From contig NC_043008.1 of NCBI RefSeq assembly GCF_006345805.1, forward strand, positions 78,058,001 through 78,122,000: a stretch of 64,000 bases of DNA. Reading direction: 5' to 3'. This DNA is from Octopus sinensis (taxonomy: Eukaryota). This document shows positions 1 to 11,960 of the stretch, in pieces. Within the stretch, counting starts at the first letter, position 1; every line of letters starts with the position of its first letter. The notes beneath the pieces were generated by a model, which searched no databases, was not told where the DNA came from, and saw only the letters and a program-made list of their open reading frames with translations. A program made the translations under genes and the position numbers.

Positions 1-255
1 TTATATATATATATATATACATTATATATATATATAATATTATATAATTATATATTATAATATATATATATGTACATATATACATACATGCATATATATA
101 TATATATATATATATGTATTATACATATGAAAAAATTTATATATAATGCATATACGTATATAAATATATAAATGTATATATAAATACATATATATATATG
201 TGTGTATATGTGTATATATAAATGTGTATATATCTATAACTACATACATATAGAT

Positions 256-287
<32 letters not shown>

Positions 288-297
288 CGATATAGAG

Positions 298-342
<45 letters not shown>

Positions 343-407
343 GTAGGTAGGTAGGTCGATATATATATATATATATATATATAGATAGATAGATATATAA
401 TAGATAG

Positions 408-448
<41 letters not shown>

Positions 449-452
449 TATA
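1..452. repeat. (TA)n / (GATA)n microsatellite block
   Basis: Direct inspection. Similar simple-repeat blocks recur throughout the window and account for most Y/I-rich ORFs in the track. Confidence 0.95.
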
Positions 453-1000
453 GATAAAACTTACTTGGAAAAGGATGCGTGGCGATCGATCATTATAATA
501 TAAAAATATAATACATATATGCATATATACATATATGTACATACCTACATATATATGTATATATACATGCATATATGGGTACAGAACATAAAAAAATCGT
601 TGAACACAATGGGAAACGAAAACAAAAACAAAAACATAGAAACGAACTTTTTTCAAACAAGGAAAAAAATAGAATACAAGACATGCAATACAAGGAATAT
701 GCCCCTTCTTCAGTTGTCCCTGTTTCATCTACTCCGCGCTGCGAAGTTAAGAACAAAACGTGGAGTAGATAAAATAGGGACAACTGTATTTTTCGTTGTT
801 TTAAAAAGGGAATTTTTTTTTATGTTTTCGTTACTCATTGTGTTCAACGTTTCTTTGATGTCCTGTACCCATATATGTATGTATATATACATATATATGC
901 AGGTATGTACATATATGTATGTATATATGCATATATTTATATATTATTTATATTATTATATGATCGAACGCCACGCATCCTTTTCGAAATAAATTTTATC
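453..1000. repeat. ~550 bp fold-back (palindromic) element, probably PLE pseudo-LTR derived
   Basis: Left arm gataaaacttacttggaaaaggatgcgtggcgatcgatca matches the reverse complement of tgatcgaacgccacgcatccttttcgaaataaattttatc. Central stem 711-738/759-786 with a 20-nt loop. Arm sequence is homologous to 5130-5300, next to a GIY-YIG fragment. Confidence 0.75.
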
Positions 1001-1664
1001 TTAATAATTATGATGCGCGCTCTTCTCCTTTACTATTTCTTCTCTGTCTATCTCTCTCCCTCTCTTGTTCTTCATCCTTTCTGATTTTCTCTCCCACCCT
1101 TCCCTATTCTTCTCCTCTCCCTTTCACCGTTCCCTCTCTCTTACTCCTCCTCCTCCTCCTCCTCCTCATCGACTCTCTCGTCACTGACACGTGATGAGAG
1201 GGAAGCCATCTTTCTGACTGCTATCTTCACCAAGACTAGACCAGCTTAACCTGTCTCTTTCATATGCTGTCTCCTTAAGTGTTCAGAATAATTTTTCCAT
1301 CGTCTTGACTTAACCGCCCTCATCGTTTGTTTTTACTGTTTTGTTCTCATTGTTCTGTCTTTTACCGTTTTTTACTTGTTTATTGTTCTTACTGTTTTGT
1401 TCTTACTGTCCTGTTCTTGTTACCACTTTTACCCTCCGCAAAAAATCCCAAATTTTATTTACTTTGCTTTGCGAGAAGGAATGTTTCAACGAAGCCGCGT
1501 CTTGTCCTTACCTTCGAAAAGACATATATAAGTATGTCTACATGCTGGAAATAACAGTCAAAACTCGTATTTAAATCGCCAAAATACATTGATAGTACTA
1601 CAGAAATCAACCGTCCGAACGCAAACGGACTAAGACAATCACGAAAACAAGCATGGAGTGTCGT

Positions 1665-2685
1665 TCTATCTTTTCTCTTTTCAAAGAAAATATTTCTCCT
1701 AGCGTTCACTACTTTCCTCTCGTTCTGGACTAAAGACCCTCGATGTTGGTTTTCGTCCGGTTTCCTTGTATGTCTCCACTCTCCTGTTTTGTTCCCAACT
1801 TTGACTCTCCATACATCCTAAATTTTATTTTAGAATTTATGGGATCAACTGGCTTTGAAGATTCATATTGCCATTGAATGCTCGAAATGAGGAGTAGATT
1901 GACAGCCGACAACTGATAAAGGGTCCGTTCTCTGTGTTTACTTGTTCTGTTTTCCATGTTTTCTCTCATTATTTACGTATTTAACTCGTTTGTTTACGCA
2001 CTTCATGTAGTTTGTACAGTTGGTGATGTCCTGAGGCCATATATGCATACATATATATATTATTTATTATAATTATTATTATCTATGTAAACGCGATGCA
2101 TCCATTCCCAAGTACGTTTATCTTCATCTGTTTGATGCGAATCTACTCTATACTGTTAATTTCATCCTTCTCTTATTCCATTTTCTCCCCTCCCTCTTTC
2201 ACCGTTTTCTATCTGTCTTTCTATCGTTGCTCACATATGATCATCGTCCATCTTTCTTTTCTATACGTGATCATTGTTCTTTTCCTGCATGGACGTTCAA
2301 AAGAATGGACGTTTTATTTCTTTCTCTTCTATCTTTTCTCTTTTCAAAGAAAACATTTCTCCCAGCGTTCACTATTTTCCTCTCGTTCTGGCCTAACTAT
2401 TCTCTATGTTTGTTTTCGTTCAATTTCCTTGTGTGTCTCCACTGTCCTGATTTTGTTTCAAAATTTGACCCTCCATCAATCCTAAATTTTATTTTCGAAT
2501 TCATGGGAACATGTTGTCGTTGTATGCTCGAAATGAGGAGTAGATAGACAGCCGCTAACTGCTGAAGGGTTCTTTCTCTGTGCGTGCTTGTCCTGTTTTA
2601 CATTTTTTCTCTCGTTGTTTGCGTATTTAACTCGTTGTTTACGTATTTCATGTTGTTTGCACAGCTGGTGAAGTCTTGTACTCAT
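1665..2685 (+). repeat. Two diverged tandem copies (about 1665-2042 and 2326-2685) of a dispersed repeat
   Basis: Shared ttcaaagaaaa..ttctcc.agcgttcactat ... ctcgaaatgaggagtagat.gacagccg..aactg. Further copies near 7090-7290 (+) and 45845-46075 (-). Confidence 0.7.
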
Positions 2686-2726
2686 ATATATATATATATA
2701 TAATATATATATATAATATATATATA

Positions 2727-2847
<121 letters not shown>

Positions 2848-2909
2848 TTATTACTATTATTTAATTGAACGCGAAGCAAACATTCCTGAGTAAGTATATA
2901 TATATATAT

Positions 2910-2950
<41 letters not shown>

Positions 2951-2951
<1 letters not shown>

Positions 2952-3248
2952 GAGGCGCAATGGCCTAGTGGTTAGGGCAGCGGACTCGCGGTCATAGGAT
3001 CGCGGTTTCGATTTCCAGACCGGGCGTTGTGAGTGTTTATGGAGCGAAAACACCTAAAAGCTCCACGATGCTCCGGCAGGGGATTGTGATCCCTGCTGTA
3101 CTCTTTCACCACTCTTTCTCTCACTCTACTGTTGGCCTGCTTGCTTAGCCAGCGGGGTGGCGTCATTCGAAGGCTAAAACAATGCGAACGCATTGTGACC
3201 AGCGATGTGTAAAACATCTGATGGTCTGGTCGGTCACGTGATCACGTG

Positions 3249-3249
<1 letters not shown>
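2951..3249 (+). mobile_element. tRNA-derived SINE (family A)
   Basis: A box tggcctagtggtta and B box ggtttcgatt, non-tRNA body, cacgtgatcacgtga tail. Inverted copy at 46566-46859. Confidence 0.8.
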
Positions 3250-3291
<42 letters not shown>

Positions 3292-3306
3292 ATGTGTGTA
3301 AGTGTG

Positions 3307-3388
<82 letters not shown>

Positions 3389-3742
3389 AGAAAGAGAGAG
3401 AGAGTTTAAAATGTTGTACCGATGTATATTATGAAAAAGGAGGCAGTCAGGATTTTGGATAATTCTTTACTACCTCAAACTCGTCAAGCCTAAATCAAAA
3501 CCAAAATGGTAAAAACAGAACGTTTCATTGTTCATTTATACGAATCGGATGCTTTTTTGTTTATCTAGATGCAGACAATATTGTTTTTGTTTTGGGGAGA
3601 GGTGGGGAGAGAAAGAAAGAAAAGGAAAAGGAGTGGTATGTAGGCAGAGAGAGTGAGAGAGAGTGAGAGATGTTTCAGGACATTTAAGAAAGAGCAGAAA
3701 ATAATAAAAGATGAGGACAGGATAGCTAGCTAGCTAGCTAAC

Positions 3743-3866
<124 letters not shown>

Positions 3867-3884
3867 GAGTCAGAGAGGCAGAGG

Positions 3885-4658
3885 CTTCTTTTCAATTTGC
3901 TGTGGTAAATTCATTGAAATTTCATTATAAAGCATTTTTCTTTCTTCTTTCTCATTTTTTTCTCCTTTCTTCCCATTTTACACCTAGCAACATATTTGTA
4001 TATAAGCACATTTTCACACAAGGGCTGGTGACCTTTCACAGATGTTAATTTTAAAAAGTAGGATGGAAAAAAAACAAGAAAAGAAGGGAGAGAGCGGTCA
4101 TCACTGAAAAATGAAAAAGAGTACAGAGTTCAAAGTCCTATGAAAATGCATGTTCTTTACACTTCTATAGTGAAGTCCCATATACTGTGTAATTCCATGT
4201 TTTGCATGAACAAACATTAAATATCAGTAAAGTATTCACAAATTAGGAAAATAAAGTCAGAAAATTAAAAGATATTTTGGTACTGTTTATAATTCAATCT
4301 ATACTCTATGTGCATTTAATCAAACACCATAAAATAGATTTTCATGTATATTGTATATTAAGCTGGAAGCCACTCTGTAGGATATAAATTATATAATACA
4401 ACAGGGCCTGCTTAAATACATTTTTGAGTAACTCTCATCCTTTTGTAGGATTTCTTTTTCTTTTTCTTGCTTGAATAAGATAAGTTTTCTGTTTTTACTT
4501 GGATAAAATAATTCAAAAGTGATCTTTTTCACGAATTACTTTGCCAAGTGGCAACATTAGATATCTTTCCTAATCAGTGGTAAAATGGTTCTAGTATTCT
4601 CTCTCGGGTATATGTAATTTCTATAAGAACAATAATTGGCAAAATCCCAATGTTATAT
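3885..4658. repeat. Left arm of a ~750 bp inverted repeat (partner 6295-7030)
   Basis: Co-linear reverse-complement match, e.g. gctggaagccactctgtaggatataaattatataat vs attatataatttatatcctacagagtggcttccagc; roughly 80% identity by eye. Confidence 0.85.
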
Positions 4659-4660
4659 GC

Positions 4661-4691
<31 letters not shown>

Positions 4692-4829
4692 TGCGCACGC
4701 GTGTATCTATTTATGGAGATGAGTATCACGTTATTAACATTGGAGCCACATTTAGAAAAACAGTAATAGTGTAATAATAAATGAAAACATTGTTTTCATT
4801 TCATTTATCATAATTACTATTAAAAAAAA

Positions 4830-5300
4830 TAAATATGTAGTTTCTCTGCTTCTCTTTCAAACACTTGTGCCATTCCTCTTGTCGGATATGCTGTCTGTGA
4901 ATTCTTGCACGATGGCAGAGGGAATTGCTTGCTTCGCCAATGTAATTTTCCTTGCAGTTGTGGCAAGTAATGCAGTATATGAGATTCTGCGTCTTACAGT
5001 TCATTTACGTTGAGAAAGAATCCGATCTTGAATTTTACGTGGGAACCGTTATTGTTGTTAGGAATTCTTAGTTAGGAAGACACGCCAGAATCCAGTTGCA
5101 ATGAATTACCATTCCTGTCCTCACTTTCGAAACACGCTGGAGTTGAACTAGGGACAGCTGATGAAGGGGATTTTTCCTTGTGTAGTTGTCTTGTACTCTG
5201 TTTTTTCGTTGTTAAAAAAATGGTCCGTTCCATGCTGTTTTTACTTTTTCGTTTCTCGTTGAGTTCTACGTCTATTTGTGGTGTCCTGTACACACGTATA
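4830..5300 (-). mobile_element. Penelope-like element fragment: GIY-YIG endonuclease plus inverted pseudo-LTR piece
   Basis: CKTQNLIYCITCHNCKENYIGEASNSLCHRARIHRQHIR fits the PLE GIY-YIG signature (IYCI.C..C...YIGET...L..R...H). Confidence 0.8.
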
Positions 5301-5467
5301 TATATTTATATATGCATGTATATATACATGTAGATGTAGGTACGTACATATATGTTTGTATGCATGCATATATTTTATTTATTACACTATTGTATGACTG
5401 AGCGCCCTCGCGTCGATTCGATTCGTTTCGTTTCGTTTCATTTCTTCTTCTTCTCTAAGCTGGTTTA

Positions 5468-5550
<83 letters not shown>

Positions 5551-5703
5551 AAATAAATATAAGAGAGTGGTCACTATATGGCTCACTCTAGCACCAGTTA
5601 ATCCAAAAGTTTCAACCACAAAAATACATGTTTCCCATGAAAGTCAGTACGATTGTTAGCTCACACGGACAGGGCAAATAAAAAATAACAAAAATACAGA
5701 TTA

Positions 5704-5785
5704 TTTTGGGACAATTGTTTCGCTATTAATGAATTAAATGTAATTTTACTTACAAAAAAATCCACTTGTAGCTCGTCAGCCAAAA
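5704..5785 (-). ncRNA. Type I hammerhead ribozyme, fully canonical (H1)
   Basis: Minus strand: ttttgg-CTGACGA-GCTA-(42 nt loop)-TAGC-GAAA-CAATTG-TC|ccaaaa. Stem I 6 bp, stem II 4 bp with G10.1-C11.1, palindromic stem III ACAATTGT, GUC cleavage between 5710 and 5709. Confidence 0.85.
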
Positions 5786-5953
5786 CTATCTGGATGAAAT
5801 CCACTCAATCACACGCCAGATTTTACCATAACGATAAATACGCGTGTGGTTCAATTGATTACATCCGACGTTATAATTCAAATGCCCCAACCAACAGCGC
5901 GCCAAACTTTCACGGAAAACAAAGACTGCATTTAGAAATAAATGTAGCATAAT

Positions 5954-6099
5954 TATAATTAATTAATAAGGGTGAGAGAATTAGATACTAATTTAATAGT
6001 ATAATAATCCAGGTTTCTCGGAGCACTAGGCCACTTGGTGTTGAATAGATATACTATTAAATTAGTATCTAATTCTCTCACCCTTATTAATTAATTATA
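5954..6099. repeat. Perfect 50-bp inverted repeat with 46-nt loop
   Basis: 5954-6003 (tataattaattaataagggtgagagaattagatactaatttaatagtata) is the exact reverse complement of 6050-6099. Confidence 0.92.
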
Positions 6100-6231
6100 T
6101 ATATATATATATACTTACATACATACATACATACATATATATTATATATATATACATACATACATACATACATACATACATACATACAACATACATACAT
6201 ACATACATACATACATACATACATACATACA

Positions 6232-6294
<63 letters not shown>

Positions 6295-6299
<5 letters not shown>

Positions 6300-7030
6300 A
6301 CATTGGGATTTTGACAATTGTTGTTTTTATAGAACTTAGATATACCCGACAAAGAATACTAGAACCATTTTACCACTGATTAGGAAATATATCTAATGTA
6401 GCTACTTGGCAAAGTAATTTGTGAAAAAATCTTTTGAATTATAATAATCCAAGGAAGCAAGAAAAAGATAAAGAAATTCTACAAGTGGATGAAATCTACT
6501 CAAAGATATATTTAAGCATACCCTTCTTCATTATATAATTTATATCCTACAGAGTGGCTTCCAGCTAAATATACAATATACATACAAAAACTCATTTATA
6601 ATGTTTGATTAAATGTACATAGAGAATAGATTAAATTATAAACAGTACCAAAATGTTTTTTTTTTTATATTCTGACTTTTATTCTAAATTTTTATTACTG
6701 TACTATTTAATGTTTGTTCATGCAAAACATGAAATTACACAGTATATGGGACTTCACTATAGAAGTGTAAAGGAATATACATTTTCACAGGACTTGGAAA
6801 TTTGAACTCTTTTTCATTTTTCAGTGATGACCGCAATCTCCTCCCTTTTTTATCTTTTCCATCCTACTTCCTAAAATTGACATCTTTCCCTTGCGAGAAA
6901 ATGTGCTTATATACAAATATGTTGATAGGTATAAAATGGGAAGAAAGGAGAAAGAAACGAGAAAGAAGAAAAGAATGTGATTTTTAATGAAATATCAATG
7001 GATTGATTGCATCAAATTGAAAAGAAACTC
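6295..7030. repeat. Right arm of the ~750 bp inverted repeat
   Basis: Reverse complement of 3885-4658, from ataacattgggatttt to atcaaattgaaaagaa. Confidence 0.85.
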
Positions 7031-7286
7031 TCCTCTCTCTCCCTCTCCCTCCCCCTCTCTCTCTATCTTTATCTATCAATCTATCTATTTACCTCTCTAT
7101 CTGCCTGTTCTTGAATGCGCGGAATGAGTAGTAAATAGACAGTCGACAACTAATGAAGGGTCCTTTCTCTGTGTTTACTTGTCCCGTTCTCCTTTTTTTG
7201 TCGTTACTTATGTATTTACGGGTTTGTTTACGTATTTCATGTTGTTTGCGCCTTTGGTGAGGTCCTCTACCCATGTATACATGTGT

Positions 7287-7319
<33 letters not shown>

Positions 7320-7329
7320 CGAGCAAAAC

Positions 7330-7683
7330 GTCTGCCCCCTGTTCAATGGACGGTGCTGAGTAGTCAAATATTTAAACCAAATTTTCACAAAACTTGTCCG
7401 ACCGTCCCATATTTGATAAATACTGATTTAACCTAAATTTGAAACACCAGCAAAAGAAGAAATAAAGATAGACTTTTTTCTATTCCAAGATAAACGATTT
7501 TACAAATGCATGTTCCCACGGCTTTATCGATCACATTCTCACCTGGAATAGATTTTTGTAATTTTTTCAGAATCTCTACACGCCCTGATATCGTCGGTAC
7601 CTACATATCAAATTTGAGCGCAATCGGATGGAGGATGCCCGAGATCCTTGAAGACACACACACAGACAGACAGAACGGATTAT

Positions 7684-7690
<7 letters not shown>
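7330..7690 (+). mobile_element. Non-autonomous element with a Helitron/Helentron(HINE)-like 3' end
   Basis: caaatttgagcgcaatcggat...acacacacagacagacagaacggattatatata resembles DINE-1/HINE termini from recall; no coding sequence. Confidence 0.4.
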
Positions 7691-7727
<37 letters not shown>

Positions 7728-7862
7728 AATGTGTATATATATGCATACATATATATATGTATATATATACATATATGTTTGTATATATATATACACATAC
7801 ACACTCACGCTCACACTCACTCTCTCTCTCTCTCTCTCTCTCTCACGCACACACATACTCAC

Positions 7863-7928
<66 letters not shown>

Positions 7929-8373
7929 GGCATTTTCTGGAATTTACGTAGAAAGCTGCGAATTCCGTGCCGTTTATTTTGTTCTATCAATTACAATATA
8001 AGTAATTGAAATTTTTATCTGAAAACCTTAGCAATTAGCTGATTATTAGGCGCGCATACTGTCAATTTTATATAACAATAGGAAAAATTCATTTGTATAT
8101 TTGAAAGCTTCCTGAATGTAAAAATTATGAGAGTTGATATTAACCATGTCTTTGTCCATACCCCTCCCTACCTGCTTCGTGATTTAGAAACACCGAGATC
8201 CCTCTTCTGAAGAACTATTTCGTGCAAGAAACTCCTTTTCCATGTCACTAAACTTCAATAATTAAAACTCATTAACTTCTCCTCCTTATTCCTATAATCT
8301 CCACCATTCCTCTTTAACTAACCTCACTGGCAGAAGTTAATCACTTTCTAAAATAATTTAAAACAAAACTCAC

Positions 8374-8465
8374 CACTGATCAACGGTGTCATCATAACGT
8401 TCCACACAAGCTATCGTCGTTAGATCATCGAATCCTCCAATCACAAATATTGTGTCTTCCAACAG
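8374..8465 (-). CDS. KLHL10: KLHL10 homolog exon 5 (sixth Kelch repeat); not in the ORF track
   Basis: Found by reading the minus strand: acceptor catattag|CTG, LLEDTIFVIGGFDDLTTIACVERYDDTVDQ(W), donor TG|GTGAGT. 92 nt, phase 0 to 2; continues exon 4 in frame after a 10.9 kb intron. Confidence 0.88.
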
Positions 8466-10043
8466 CTAATATGATTTTCACATTCACGAGGGAAATAAAA
8501 GTTAATTAGAAAAAGGATTAATGAAAACAAAATAACATAAAAACATTACACAAATAGTTAGATTATTTAAATTGCTCGTGACATTCTGTAAGATTATTTG
8601 CCTTAGATTAAAAGTAAAAATTATTTGATTCCCAGAAGAAAGGACTTTGATTTGTGCATGGGGGTGGATCTGGTTTTATTAATATTTCTTATTCATTAAA
8701 TGTAGAGCAATGAATATTTATTGAACACTGCAACTCATTATTAAAGGAAAGGTTAGATATATTTGTCAGGCCCATGTTATATTACTGGTATATCCGTTCA
8801 TTAACCTAGTCATTGATTTTTTTCTTAAACAATTAAGTAGATAAATGGTGAAGATATATTTCGTTGAGTTCAATTCCAAAACTAATATCAACTTCAATAG
8901 CATAGCCGTTTGATTACTTGGTCATTCTTTTCGGTCTTCTTTCCCTATTTCTCTAGCTGTATTTTATTAGTAATTATTTTATGTAACCTGAATATATCTC
9001 TATATGTAATCATCTTTTAATTTCACTATTAAGTGCTTCCACAATCAAGTAGCATCGAATGTGAAGTCAAAAGCTCTTGATTAGAAGAAACTGTGGCAAA
9101 AAAATTACATCTTGTTCTCTGGTACTTATTAAATATTATATACTTATTTTGGACGAGAAAAAGCATTCAGAGGAGAGAAAAGATATTTTGCGGTTCATGT
9201 CTTTCCCAAGAGAGTTGTGGCGAAAGTGAAAGCTTAAATCAAGGATTGAATTAGCATCGCAGTTTCGACTATCTACTTATCGCTTCATCTAGAACATATG
9301 CTAGTCAGAGCCGTTAGAATTCCGGATTAAAGACGTTAATGATTTTAGTTTCGTTTTTATATATTTTCACTTAAAACGCCGCTTGTGTAGTTACAAAATA
9401 TCAATTATATATTCCAAATAGTTCAATAAATCACAAATTTGCAGATGATAGTAGTTGGGAATATTTTAATTTAATGACTAAATGAAACAATGGAAGGCAA
9501 AATGGACTTCGTAGGGATTTGAACTGAGAATGTTAAAAATCCGAAATACAGATCCAAAAGCATTCTGTCCGAAAGCATTTAATGAAGCTGAAACTTTTTG
9601 CTTGCCAATTGCAACTTCAAGGGGATATATTCTTTTGAAAAGATAATGAGTTATTTCCCTTGAAATATAAAATTTGGCAGGAAATTTTCACTGTATTTTT
9701 ACGTAAAAGCAATCATACCAAAATAGTTAAACCTAAGAAAAGCTGGGAAGTATTATTTCCATGCTAGGAGGAAGTGGATTTTCAGCGTATTTCAGGTGCA
9801 ACATTCAGAGTTTTACTTGTCTAGCAAGTGACATGTTTTGAAGGTGCGTGAGGCATATAAGAAATACACAAGTCTGTGAAATTCTCTTTAACGTCACTTT
9901 TTCGGCTTTGTGAGTCGAGGAAGTGGTTATCTAAGGAGTAACTTTTATCAAAGGAATAATAATAATAATAATATAATAATAATAATAATAATAATAATAT
10001 CGTAATAATATCTTCAAATTTTACCATAAAAGCAGCACGTTTT

Positions 10044-10217
10044 GGAGGAGGGATTAGTTGATTACATCGACTCCAGTGTTCAACTGGTATTTATATCATC
10101 GATCCCGAAAAGATGAAAGGCTATGACGGCCTCGGTGGAATTTGAACTTAGAACGTAGCGACGGGCGAAACACCCCTAAGCATTTCGTCCGGAACGATTC
10201 TGCTAGCTCACCACCTT
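10044..10217 (-). mobile_element. tRNA-like SINE (family B)
   Basis: Matches the recurrent unit aggcggcgagctggcagaaacgttagc...gttctgagttcaaattccgccgaggtcgactttgcctttcatcctttcgggg. Confidence 0.75.
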
Positions 10218-10230
10218 AATGATGATGATG

Positions 10231-11809
10231 AGATATTCCTTGGAGAATCTAATATTAAAAGTGTAATCCTCCAAGGTGACTCGTTTTCTCCGTTACGTTT
10301 GTAATTATACTAATACCCATAACAATGACACTTAGGAAAGTTCTGTTTATGGATGACCAGAAATTGTTTGGGAAATCTGAAAAACAGATAGATTTCTTAG
10401 CCAGAACAATCCAGAAATGTGGTAGGGATATCGGGATGGAATTTGGGATTACCAAATGCTCAGTACTTAATATGAAAAGAGGGAAGAAAGCAGCCGGCAG
10501 AGGATTGCGATTATCATCAAGAGAGACCATGGATGAACCCGACGGTAATGGGTATAGAAGTTTTGGGATTTTGGAGCTAGATAACATTCTACACAGAGAA
10601 ATGAAAGTCAAGGTCATCCAGTCGTATCAAAAAAGGGTGAAGATAGTGTTGAAATCCAACCTGAATGCCAAACATTTGATTACCACAATGAATATCTGGG
10701 CAGTTGCGGTGGTCAGATATAGTGCATCCATCCTCAAATGGACTAAGGAGGAAATATATCAACACTGGATACAAGGACGAGAAAGTTGATGGTGCTGCAT
10801 GGGGCACTACACCCTAAAGCAATCGTAAACAGACTGTATATGAAAAGAAAGAATGGTGGCAGCGGACTAATTATTATAGACCATTGTATAAGGAGTGAAA
10901 GGAGAACAAATAGTGATGAATACCTACAGCAATATGCCGCGAAAGATATAATTGTAAATGCAGATGAAATGATGGGCAAGGAAAAGAGAAAGGAAGATCT
11001 TCTTGAAATGAGAATGCATGGACTGTTTGAAAGGAATGCGCAAGGCGTTAAGGATAATACAGCATCGTGTATTATCTTGAGCGAGGTGATTTGAGGCGTA
11101 CCACCGAAAGCTTGATTAATGCTGCACAAAACTAGGCTCTCGCTACCAATTCAATGAAGTATAACATCTATAAAACTTCTGATACCCAGAAATACAGACT
11201 CTGTGCAAAGAGCGTGGAAAATGTGACCCACTTGGTAAAAGAATACTTGATAAAAGAATACAAGCGCTGCCACAATAAAGTGAGTGTGTATCTTCATTGG
11301 CTCTTATGCCGTAAATGCCAATAAGAAGTAACAGAGAACCGTTATGAGCATGTACCAAGTAAAGTTCTGCAGGAGGATGGGAAAGTAACGATAGTCTGGG
11401 ACTATCGAACACCGTTGACTGGATATTGTTATATTTAATAAGAAAGACAAATACTCTCACATCGTTGATGCAGCCATACCAAATGACATGAATGTTGTGA
11501 GTAAAGAGGCTGAAAAAAAATCACCAAGTACTCCGAATTGAAAGTGGAAATGTCAAGACTGTATGGAATGCGAGAGAGTAATGTAAAAGTGATACTAGTG
11601 GTGATAGGAGCGTTGGGCTCAATCCCACTAAAATTTCAAAACTTCTTAAGGAAACTGGAAATCCCATGCAAGATTGATGTCTTGCAAAAAGCAGCCTCAT
11701 TGGGCACAGCGCACATCTTAAGGAAAATATTACCTGTCTGAGATCCTTGTTGTGACTGACAGATGACTAAAGACTCCGGGACGCGTTTTACCTACACTGT
11801 GTTACGAAG

Positions 11810-11811
<2 letters not shown>
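10231..11811 (+). mobile_element. R4/Dong-type non-LTR retrotransposon, 5'-truncated and decayed (D1)
   Basis: RT motifs QGDSFSP and LFMDDQKLFGK...IGMEFGITKC, WAVAVVRYS, HGALHPK, C-terminal LVVIGALG...LQKAASLGTAHILRKIL; ends in (AAT)n. Confidence 0.88.
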
Positions 11812-11870
<59 letters not shown>

Positions 11871-11960
11871 GTAATAATAATAATTATTATAATAATAATA
11901 ATAATAATAATAATATATAATAATAATAATAATAATAATAATGATAATTATAATAATAAT

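Noticed and set aside
1880-1925. Recurrent GAAA...GGAGTAGAT...ACAG...AACTGANGAAGGG motif (also ~700 minus, 2530, 5128, 7121, 45915 minus) as a permuted type II hammerhead
   Set aside because: Core-like words are present, but no consistent stem I can be formed after the putative GUA/GUU site in any copy.
2951-3030. tRNA gene calls for SINE heads (all families)
   Set aside because: A/B boxes are present, but I could not fold a complete cloverleaf, and each continues into a shared repeat body.
8180-8260. Candidate KLHL10 exon 6 (..DMEKEFLAR..)
   Set aside because: Would turn the conserved Trp codon into Cys and shows no RSAL-type closing strand.
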